The translations under genes were made by a program, and so were the position numbers. 64,000 bases of DNA, taken from positions 28,768,001 through 28,832,000 of the forward strand of contig NC_043013.1 in the NCBI RefSeq assembly GCF_006345805.1. Direction: 5' to 3'. Positions 54,371 to 64,000 of the stretch are shown one piece after another. The stretch comes from Octopus sinensis. Taxonomy: Eukaryota. The first letter of the stretch is position 1, and each line of letters opens with the position of its first letter. Under the pieces are notes generated by a model, which was given only the letters and a program-made list of their open reading frames with translations, was not told the DNA's origin and did not search any database.

Positions 54371-55269
54371 GGTGATATGTGTCCTCTGTTTCGTACAGAT
54401 ATTGGTGGGACTTCTTCCTGCTTTCTCTATGCACAAGATATTCCCCTTCAAGATTTATCCTTACATTCTAGAAAGATCAAACATAGACATACTGGTGGTC
54501 ATGGTTGGAGCATCTCAATCATAGGGTTACATGATCCCAAATAACTTATCACTAAACACCAACTAAAGCAATAAGAAGCTGACGAAATAAATAATGAAAA
54601 CTTCCTATGATTAATTAAGGATCCTCAATTTAATCTATAATTGGTTTATTAAATTAAATTATGTTCAATCGTTCACTGGATCCTTCATCTTTTAACTTGT
54701 TTTCAGTTATTGCACTCTGGCCATGCTGGAGCTCTGCCTTGAAATGTTTAATTGAACAAATCAACTGTAGTACTTATTTTTTGAAATTTGACACGAGTTC
54801 TATTGTTCTTTTTTGTAGTCCCACCAGATTATGAGGACACAAACAAACCGACACCAGTTGTCAAGTCATAGTGCAGGACAAATACACACACACACACACA
54901 CACAGAGGCAGATGTGTGCACACACATATACGACAGGTTTCCACACAGTTTCTCTCTACCAAATTCACTAAAAAGGCATTAGATGATCTGGAGCTATAGT
55001 AGAAGACACTTACTTGCCGAGGTGCCATGCAGTGGGACTGAACCCAGACCCCGTGTGGCTGCAAAGTGAATTGAGTGAAAAAAAATGCCTATTTTTCTCT
55101 GGATGCCTCATTAAGTTTGGGGTATGAAGTTAGTTGAGTGCATCAACCCTAGTGCATAACTGGTACTTATTTTATTGGCCCATGGAAGGATGGAAGGCAA
55201 AATCAACCTCTATGGAGTTTGAATTCAGAACATAAAGCCAGAAGAAATGCCATTAAGTGGCATTAATTC

Positions 55270-55431
55270 CTGTATTTTAACGTGTATAAGGAACCCTTTT
55301 TTGTCAAAAGTTAGGTTTAAAAAATATGGGAGTTTCTTATAAATGGATAGTATTATAATCCCTTAGAAAACCTTTTTCCCAAATTTTAAGCCCCCCAAAT
55401 TAAGAGGTTCCTTATACACATTAAAATACGG
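55270..55431. mobile_element. Small pogo/Tigger-like MITE
   Basis: TIR c(t/c)gtattttaa(c/t)gtgtataaggaacc at both ends; TA at the right end. Confidence 0.65.
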
Positions 55432-55807
55432 TAATTCTAGATAATTATCATCAGTTTTAGTTCCTACTTCTAGCTAAGTGTATTGAGGAATATAGAATTA
55501 AATGTCCTACCTCCAAACCACCCATACCAACAGCAGACTGATGCTTGCACTTCAGTCTATTATCCATTCCACCTTTTCACTTCTATTTAAAATATTCTAA
55601 AGATGTGATTTAAGACTCTGAAGATTTTGGTTTAAGTTTATAAATCATGTTCATTTTGACATTTCTCCATCTTCATAGCGTACAGCTCTAAACTTTTATA
55701 TATCTTCATAGCAGTTATTCTTGAGGATGATAAAGAATTAGACTGACAAATGACAGATATTCCATGTAACATGCCTAATTCTCTTTGAAATTCTTTATCT
55801 TCCAAAG

Positions 55808-55924
55808 GTCCGTGCTCGTGGATTGCCTGAAGATCATGTTGGAGCAGTTAGAGTTATATGTTTTGAAGGAATTGACAATAACATGTGCTGTGGCACTCAT
55901 GTTTCCAATCTCAGTCAATTGCAA
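55808..55924 (+). CDS. AARSD1: AARSD1 internal exon D (VRARGLPEDHVGAVRVICFEGIDNNMCCGTHVSNLSQLQ), 117 nt, phase 0 to 0
   Basis: tttatcttccaaag|GTC ... CAA|gtaagt. Contains the CCGTH (CxxxH) zinc ligand motif of the tRNA_SAD editing domain. Absent from the ORF track. Confidence 0.95.
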
Positions 55925-56221
55925 GTAAGTTTGTTTTCCATAAAACTTTAATAATTTTCGATTTTGAATTTGTTTTGCAAGAATTTTGATTTCAAACTTT
56001 GTGTTGAAACCAATATTGTTATATTTGGGAAGATTCATAATTGATAAAACCTACTCTAGAGCACTTTCAGCTGTGGATCTATTGGCACAACTTCTAAAAA
56101 GCCGTTACCTGACTTTGCTATTGGTGAGGTGGGGAGGGGGAGAATGTTGCTGATATGGGGTAAGCTCTACTGGCTCAGAACTGTTGTTAACCTGCCTCTT
56201 TTGAGATGAGTGCAGAGCATT

Positions 56222-56492
56222 ATTTACATTGTTTACATTTGACGATATTTGTCCTCATCTTGTTTGTTGTTAACACAACGTTTCAGCTGATATACCCTCC
56301 AGCCTTCATCAGGTGTCTTGGGGAAATTTCAAACCTGAGTTCTCATTCCTAAGGTATTTTTCAATGTTGTTATTATTATTATTATTATTAACCACTACGC
56401 CTTATGCCCATGGGCATATGGCATAGTGGTTAAGAGCACAGGCTACTAACCCCAAGATTCCGAGTTTGATTCCAAGCAGTAACCTGAATATC

Positions 56493-56548
<56 letters not shown>

Positions 56549-56718
56549 CATCGAAAAATACCTAAGGAATGAGAACCCAGGTTCGAAATTTCCCCAAGAC
56601 ACCTGATGAAGGCTTGAGGGTATATCAGCTGAAACATTGTGTTAACAACAAAGAAGATGAGGACAAATATCCATCCGTTGTAAATACTGTACATAATTCC
56701 TCATCTCTTAAATATAGA
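56222..56718 (+). mobile_element. Full-length tRNA-headed hammerhead SINE with long inverted arm (locus 3)
   Basis: Inverted arm about 56222-56405, head about 56410-56485, (AAT)n, body to 56718. 13-bp TSD agtgcagagcatt (56209-21)/agtacagagcatt (56719-31). Hammerheads at 56272-56317 (-, intact core) and 56598-56643 (+, mutated). Confidence 0.88.
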
Positions 56719-57645
56719 AGTACAGAGCATTGTAATAATTTTGCATGTATATGTTCAACGTTTAAGCATTGTTGACTTGCGGATCCAAGTTTTTTGTGAG
56801 GATTACTTGTCACATCCATTTGGCCATGATGGACAAGCATTGATTCTTTACCCTCTAGTGATTGTAAAAGAGATTATATCATATGGTGGACAAAACTGAA
56901 ATGGCTAGCTGAGGGCAGATATTTTCTTCTTTGACCAAGCTCTCATCATCTTTTTCATCTTGGTGAAATTGAAGAAGTAGATGTTAGCCTCTCATGAATT
57001 TGTTCAAAGTAGCAAGAATGGTCAGTATAAATGCATCCAGCCTCAGAATATATCTGTAGGCTGGAGAACGTAGCTGAGAGAAGGCATTTGTCCTTTATAG
57101 CAACTGTAATTCTAGGTCTATAGAGTTCCTTCACTGACACTGCTGGAGCCTCATGGAGCTTTAGGTGTTTTCGCTCAATAAACACACACAACGCCCAGTC
57201 TGGGAATTGAAACTGTCATCCTCCGACTGCGAGTCTGCTGCCCCAACCACTGGGCCATTGCGCCTCCACCCCCAGTGCATAACTGGTATTTATTTCATTG
57301 ATCTTGGAAGGATGAAAGGCAAAGTTGACCTCGGTGGAATTTGAACTCAGAATGTAGTGGCTGGTGAAATACCGCTAAGCATTTTGCTCGGCCTGCTAAC
57401 GATTCTGCCTGCTTATTGCTTTAATAATAGTTTCAAATTTTGCCACAAAAGCAGCCATTTTTATGGGGAGGGGATACGTTGATTATATGACGTCAGTGCA
57501 TAACTGGTACTCAATTTATCGACCCCGGGAAGATAAAAGGCAAAGTTGACCTCTGCGGAATTTGAACTCGGGACTTAATGGCAGATGAAATATCGCCAAG
57601 CATTTTGTCCAGCATGCTAACCATTCTGCCAGCTCGCCACCTTTG

Positions 57646-57685
<40 letters not shown>

Positions 57686-57714
57686 GTAATGATAATGATA
57701 ATGATAATAATAAG

Positions 57715-58115
57715 TGCAACCATGTGATAGAGAATAGGAAGCCAGACATAGTCTTAATTGAGAAAGAAAATAAACTATGCTGGATCATAGATATGTGATA
57801 AGGAAGAAAGAAAAGTCGAGAGATATGACAGTTTAGCTTGGGAGGTTAAGCAGTTGTGGTCGATGAAAAAGGTGGTAGTAGTACCAATAATTGTTGGAGC
57901 CCTGGGAACAGTGAGTAAAAATCTTGAGAAGTACATGGAACAAATAGGGGCTGCAACAAGGGTGGAGCACTTGTAGAAAACAGCACTGCTTGGAACCACT
58001 CAAATACTCTGGAAGGTGCTCGAAAAATAAGAGGTGTTACCCACCTTAGTTCACTGGTAGTGAAAACTGACACTGTAGTACATCTCCAGCATTAGAAGCT
58101 GTGCAAAGGCAATAA
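57715..58115 (+). mobile_element. 5'-truncated R4/Dong RLE 3' end
   Basis: Manual translation gives HVIENRKPDIVLIEKENKLCWIID..ERYDSLAWEVKQLWSMKKVVVVPIIVGALGTVSK..KTALLGTTQILWKVLE; flanked by TAA-rich repeats. Confidence 0.85.
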
Positions 58116-59788
58116 CAATAATAATAACGATGATTTCAAATTTTGGCACAAGGCCAGCAATTTTGTGTGAGGGGTAAGTCAATGACATGAACCCTAGTAC
58201 TCAACTGGTACTTATTTTATCGACCCCAAAACAATGAATGGCAAAGTTGATCTTGGTAGAATTTGAACTCAGAATGTAAAGATGGGTAAAATTCCACTAA
58301 GCATTTTTCCCAGCATGGTAATGATTCTGCCAGCTCACTGCTTTAATAATAATCTGTTTGGTGTTTAGTTCCACTGTAAAGCACATTGGGCAAATGTCTT
58401 CTACTATAACTCTGGGCTGACCTATGTCTTTTGAGTTAATTTGGTTGATGGAAACTGTGTGGAATCCCATCGCGTATGTAATGTATGTAGATGTATGTGT
58501 CTTTGTGTTTGTATCTGAGCTCAATAAAATGAAATAAAATCCCTGTGAGGTACTGGATTCTCTGTAACCAACCAAACCCCCTAATGGCTCTGATCTGGAC
58601 TTGTGCTTGGATCAGAAGCCATTGTTATTACCTTCGTTTATATTACTACTACTACTATCACCAACTCAAAACTGTTTAAATGCCATTTATATATATATAT
58701 ATACAAATATATAAAATAAATCACCGGAACTTACAAACACTGAACATTGAGCGTCGAGTTATATACAGAATCAAAGTTTCAACTATGGTTGGATACCATT
58801 ATCATGTAATTTTTCATAAGTTAAAGTGATTAGCAGTGGAGTTTTGATTTGGTATTTTAGAAATAAAACTTCAGAATTTTTTTTTTTAAACCAGTATTTT
58901 TATTATTTATATTTATAATGTTAAGTTCGAATAATTTTTGATGTACAAATCTAAAACAGGCGGGGGGAAAAAAGGAAAAAAAAATTTCAACTAATATAAA
59001 AACGTTGATGGAAAATTTGATATAGGAGAGTAATTTTGATTTTTTGAATGGAAAATAGAATAAAAAAAAAAAGAGAGAGAAAGAAATGGAAAAATTCCTG
59101 CTATGTTTAGGAGAGAAAAACAAGTAAAAGACAAAAATATACCGATGCTTATGTTTTATAAAAGATCAAGTGTGAATTTTCACAAATATTAAAGCTGCCA
59201 TAGTCTGACATATAAATAAAAGGAATATACATATACATTCATATATACATATGTAGGTAGATACATACATGCATACATACGTTTGTAAGTATATATATGT
59301 ATCGTAAAAATAATGCATTATAAACTACTACACCAACTCACACACACTGAAAAAAAAAAAAGGTAACAACAACAACAACAACAAAAATACAATTTGGATC
59401 TAAAAGTAAAAACTGTATAACTTATTATATAGATGCGAATAGATTTCAGAGATGTAAATAGATTTATGGTCTAAAATCATGTTTAATGTGCTTTGCTTCT
59501 TCTTCTGTGTGCAGACATCGGTAAAATCTAAAGCAATCACTATCTCAATCATACTAACTTTGAATAGGTTTATTTTTTTCATTTTATTTTGTTTTTTTGT
59601 TTTTTGTTTTTTTTTTGTCTTTTTGTTTTTTAAATAAAGTAGATGAAGAAAACAAAAAAAACAGAAGAAAAAGTCCCTCCCTCCCCCCTTGCCGAAAATG
59701 TTTGTTAAACTTGTACTCACCTGCAGTTTTCCATAAGAATTTTCTGTGGAGCTTAGATATTCCCCCCTCTTTCTCTTGTCTCTCATGA

Positions 59789-59789
<1 letters not shown>

Positions 59790-59830
<41 letters not shown>

Positions 59831-59996
59831 CATACACACATGAGTATGTGTGTACACACGTATATGTATGTATACATAATATATACACCATGTATGTGTG
59901 TATATGTGCGTATGTGTATGTGTGTGTGTGTATGTATATATATATATATATATACACATTCACATGTATGCATATATATGTGTATATAAATATACA

Positions 59997-60090
<94 letters not shown>

Positions 60091-60091
60091 C

Positions 60092-60130
<39 letters not shown>

Positions 60131-60540
60131 CACATATATGTGTGTGTGTGTGTTATGTTTTTTTTAAGTTTTGCATTTTTAAAGCTTGAGATAAAAATAC
60201 TGAGCATCAATCAAATCAAACAATCATCATCATCATCATCATCAGTTTCATCAACATTGTCATCATCATCATCATTATTTTCATCATGGTATTATTGTTC
60301 ATCACCTTCATCATCACCTTCATCATCACTTTCATCGTCATTGTCACCATCGCTATCCTCCTCCTCTTTCTCCTCATCATTCTTTTTATCATCATTGTTC
60401 AAATCATCAACTGCCTCATCATCATCATCATCATCAGCATCGTCTTCATCATCATCATCATCATCAACATCATCCTCATCATCATTGTCGTTGTCATCCT
60501 CCCATTTATCATCATCATCGTTATCAAGTCTAGCTGATAA
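59790..60540. repeat. (TA/TG)n followed by degenerate (CAT)n
   Basis: Direct inspection. Confidence 0.9.
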
Positions 60541-61351
60541 CCTCTCTAAATACATGGAAACGTTTCTTTTTCTTTCTTTTTTTTCATACGTTTCATTTTT
60601 CATTTTTTCTATTAAAAATAATAATTTTGTTTTTGTCAAGGTTAGTTTAATTTTTAGTTTCTGATCTTTTAATCTTATTTAAAAAATTATAATTTAAAAA
60701 AAAACAACAACCAACAAACAACTTAAGTGATATTTTTGTTATGCCAAACGAATATCAAAGCGTTATTGAAATAACAAAAACTAAAGCTTGATGGATTAAA
60801 ATGTTTTGAGTTCAAGTCTTGTTGAAATCAACTTTCTTGCTTCCAGGGACCAATAGAATACATAGATCTATGATTAAAGGCATCCCAACAGTGACCATCA
60901 CATCATTTTTTTCCCCTAGGTATAATGTATACTCTTTTACTCTCATTTACTTGTTTCAGTCATTTGACTGTGGCCATGTTGGAGCACTGCCTTTAGTTGA
61001 GCAAATTGACCCCAAGACTTATTCTTTGTAAATCATTTAAATCCACTCACAAGGCTTTGGTCAGCCGATGGCTATAGTAAAAGACACATGCTCAGAGCTC
61101 CACTCACTGGGACTGAACCCAGAACCATGTGGTTGAGAAGCAAACTTCTCACCACACAACCAGGACTCAGAAGGCAAATTATCCAGCTTCCATGGCTTGT
61201 AAGTAACTGTGATTACAGCATTCCTCCTGAATGGGATGATGGTCGATTGCAGGGCCCAAAGCCAGCAATTTTGAGAAGGGTGCAAGTTGATTACATTGAC
61301 CCTAGTATATGACTGGTACTTTCTTTTATCAATCCTGAGGCGATAAAAGGT

Positions 61352-61633
61352 TGTTATATCCTTACACCTCCATATCGTAGTACAGTTGATATTATCCATG
61401 ATAGATCACGAATACACTGCAACAGTGTTATAACGATACAAAATAGAAACAGCAGCAGAAACAAATACGTAACAAACCAACAATCAGTTTTTCCAACATA
61501 CTAATTTGAACTGTAAACTGTACCTGGATTTCAAAGACCAAACTATGAACTGCCGACTACATCAAACTACTACTATTTATATGTAGTAGTTCCGTCTATT
61601 CTCGTCAGAGGGTGTTGTACTTTCACCACAACG
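61352..61633 (-). repeat. 3' LTR of the Gypsy element
   Basis: Termini TGTT...caacG (CA mutated to CG); polypurine tract aaaagggaaga on the - strand immediately internal (61634-44). Confidence 0.6.
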
Positions 61634-63630
61634 TCTTCCCTTTTGTGATTTTGAGTACCAAAGGAATAAAGAAATTTTATTTACCGCTATTATTTTTTAG
61701 TATCTTTTTCACTTGGGCTGTATCTCAAGGTGTTTGATCTGCTTCTGTTTTCTCATGCTGGTTCTACTAGATTCAATTACTTTCGGTGCTGGGACATCGA
61801 ATATATCAAAAAATATTTCCATAGGAATTTCTCTCCGTTCTTCAGTATGCCTCTTCTTTAGCTGATTTATGTGTCTCCTATGTTCCTAGCATGGTCCTTT
61901 AATTAGATACATCGTACTTCCTATTTCTTTGGTTATAAGGCCATCCTCCCAGCCTTCTTTACCATTTCTGTAGGTCTTAAAATGCACTTTATCTCCTACT
62001 TCAAAATATTTCATTGCATCTTTTGAATTTCCTTTACACCTTTTTTTCTCAAAAATCGATTTCATTCTTCTTGTGAACATCAACTCTGTGGGTGACTTTG
62101 CTGAATTTGTACTTGGATTGGGGGTTACTGTATATACCCTTAAGAATTTTGTTAGTGCTTCGTCATTACTTAATTCATTCCAAACTTTTCTTAATGCTCT
62201 TTTGAATGTGTTCACAAATCTTTCTACCTTCCCATTTGACCTTGGATGGTAGGGTGGAGTGAAAATATGCTTTATTGCATGCATTTTTCAGAAGTTCTTG
62301 AATTCATAGCCTGAGAATTGTGTTCCATTATCAGAAACTAATGTGTCTGGAACACTGGATCATGCAAACACTTCATATAGGAACTTTATAGTTGTCTTAG
62401 CGGTTGGTTTATTGTATGTGCATAGCTCTGGCCACATTGTACAGCTGTCTACCACAATTAGATAGTAAGCACTGTTCACCAGTCCAGCAAAGTCGATATG
62501 TAACCTAGACCATGGGTCCTCAGTCTTCAGCCACAACTGATATTTTACTGGTGGGGCTTCGGCTGTGAGCTCACAACTTTGTCAAGTTCTCACCAAATTT
62601 TTGATATCCCTGCCCATAGTCAGCCAATAGATATAGTTTCTCATCAGAACTTCCATCCTCAACATTCCCAGGTGTTTGCTGTGGAACTGCTGCAATACAC
62701 ATTTTTGTAATGCAGTCGGTATTACCACCCTTTGTGCATACATCAGAATATTGTCGCATATTGAGAAACTAATCAAATGTGTACTTTTATTCTGCTTATT
62801 TTTTAAAGCTTCTTTCATTTTTGTAATATACTCATCGCCTACAGATTTCATTCTTATATCCTGTGCAGTCACTGGCAGTTCTTGAAGAACATTAGTGAAG
62901 ATACTTTTTTTATTTCATTTTCTGCCTGCTGTGTGACTCTCATGGTATCTTCTAATGATTCCCTATTTTGGGGAATTAATCTCAATAGACAGTCTGCATA
63001 ACCAATTTTTTTTATGGAATATACTGCATTTTGAAATTGTAATTTAGTAATATTACACCTCAATGTTGCAGTTGGTTCACTGTATGGGTAAGTAACCCTT
63101 TCTTTGACCTGTAAATTGATTGCAACGGTTAATGATCTGTTTATAACAGAAAACTTCAACTATGAAGAAACCTGTTAAATTTTTTCACAGCAAAGATAAT
63201 TGATAGGGCTTCTTTTTCAATCAAACTGTAGTTTTTCTCTGCCAGTGTCAGTGAGTGTGAAACATGAATCACTAATTTTGTACTTCCATCTTTATACCTG
63301 TGTTGCAAAACTGCTCCTATTCTGTATTCTGAAGCATCAAATGCTACAACAATGTCCATTTCAGGATCGAAATGCACGACAGACAAATCTGTGATTAGAA
63401 TTTTTTTCCATTTCTTCAAATATGTTTTGGCATTTAACCAACCAATTCCACTTTACTTTCTTTTTTAATAAGTCATTCAATGGAATTCTTAATTTGTGCA
63501 TATTAGGAATGTAGTTTTGGTAGTAGTTTGCCAGCCCAAGAAATGCTTGTAATACTGGTATATTTATCAGAGTTGGCATATTCTTTATTGCACCTGCCCT
63601 CGAAAGGTCAGGCTGTTTATCATTTTAATC
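61634..63630 (-). mobile_element. Decayed Ty3/Gypsy LTR retrotransposon pol (RT end, RNase H, integrase)
   Basis: LQAFLGLANYY, FDASEYRIGAVL, EKNYSLIEKEALSIIFAVKKF, FHSKHLG, PWSRLHIDFAG, LVSDNGTQF and PYHPRSNGKVERFVNTFK, with frameshifts and stops. Confidence 0.92.
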
Positions 63631-63635
63631 AATTA

Positions 63636-64000
63636 CTAGCAGTATAGCCCAGCATTGCTCGGGCTTGTTTTCTTTTCGACCCTTTAGAATTGGAATTTTT
63701 GAAAAGTAACAATTTTGCATTATGTAGCTTGTTATTCTCTTTCAGTGAACATTTTTCTGGTTGAAATACACCGAAAAATGACGACACAGCAGTCAAAAAA
63801 TCATAAAAAATTGGGATTTTCATAGAAAAAAAAAAGCACCTTTTTGATGTAAATAATTTTTGGTGTTAACATGGTCCGATTTGAATTTTTTCTTCTACGG
63901 AAGGACGAGCAAACCTTCTTCTATCATACTCTCAATTTTGGTCAACTTGCGCCGCAGGGTCTCGGAGGAGATAGTGTTAGTTGAAGGCTACCAAACCTGC
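63636..64000 (+). mobile_element. Probable Helitron/Helentron-type non-autonomous element truncating the Gypsy RT
   Basis: Starts actagcagtatagcccagcattgctcggg (5' end plus short hairpin typical of HINE-like elements); abrupt switch from pol sequence. Confidence 0.45.

Noticed and set aside
55775-56038. 87-aa - strand ORF
   Set aside because: Antisense shadow of AARSD1 exon D.
60292-60639. Acidic D/E-rich protein exon on the - strand
   Set aside because: Degenerate (GAT)n microsatellite, with no convincing splice sites or recognisable domain.
55925-64000. Next AARSD1 exon (IK.LG.EK.KK type)
   Set aside because: No matching exon found; candidate acceptors at about 59516 and 59726 do not encode it, so it probably lies beyond the window.

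Overview
AT-rich, microsatellite- and SINE-dense animal genomic DNA. The repeat families look like those of an octopod cephalopod (Octopus-like); this is inference, not a database result. The only host gene I can support is AARSD1 (AlaX-type alanyl-tRNA editing protein) on the + strand. Four internal coding exons lie at 3509-3650, 27815-27872, 41246-41405 and 55808-55924, all with GT-AG boundaries and consistent phases. They join into 159 aa carrying the zinc-binding motifs HSGQH and CCGTH; the gene's 5' and 3' exons lie outside the window. The rest is intron, filled with at least four tRNA-headed SINE families, a VNTR-rich RTE-tail-like composite family, and decayed R4/Dong, RTE, Ty3/Gypsy, MULE and Tc1/mariner fragments, MITEs and simple repeats. 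Nearly all ORFs in the supplied track are repeat artefacts. No CRISPR array, rRNA or intact tRNA gene was found. The most interesting signal is a tRNA(Arg)-like-headed SINE that carries a Penelope-type minimal hammerhead ribozyme. It is inserted three times, each time with an inverted copy of its own 3' end and 12-13 bp target-site duplications. Two more hammerhead-like elements of a second type are present, as is a pair of inverted higher-order repeat arrays flanking a 360-nt in-frame AARSD1 exon block (candidate stop-less circRNA).
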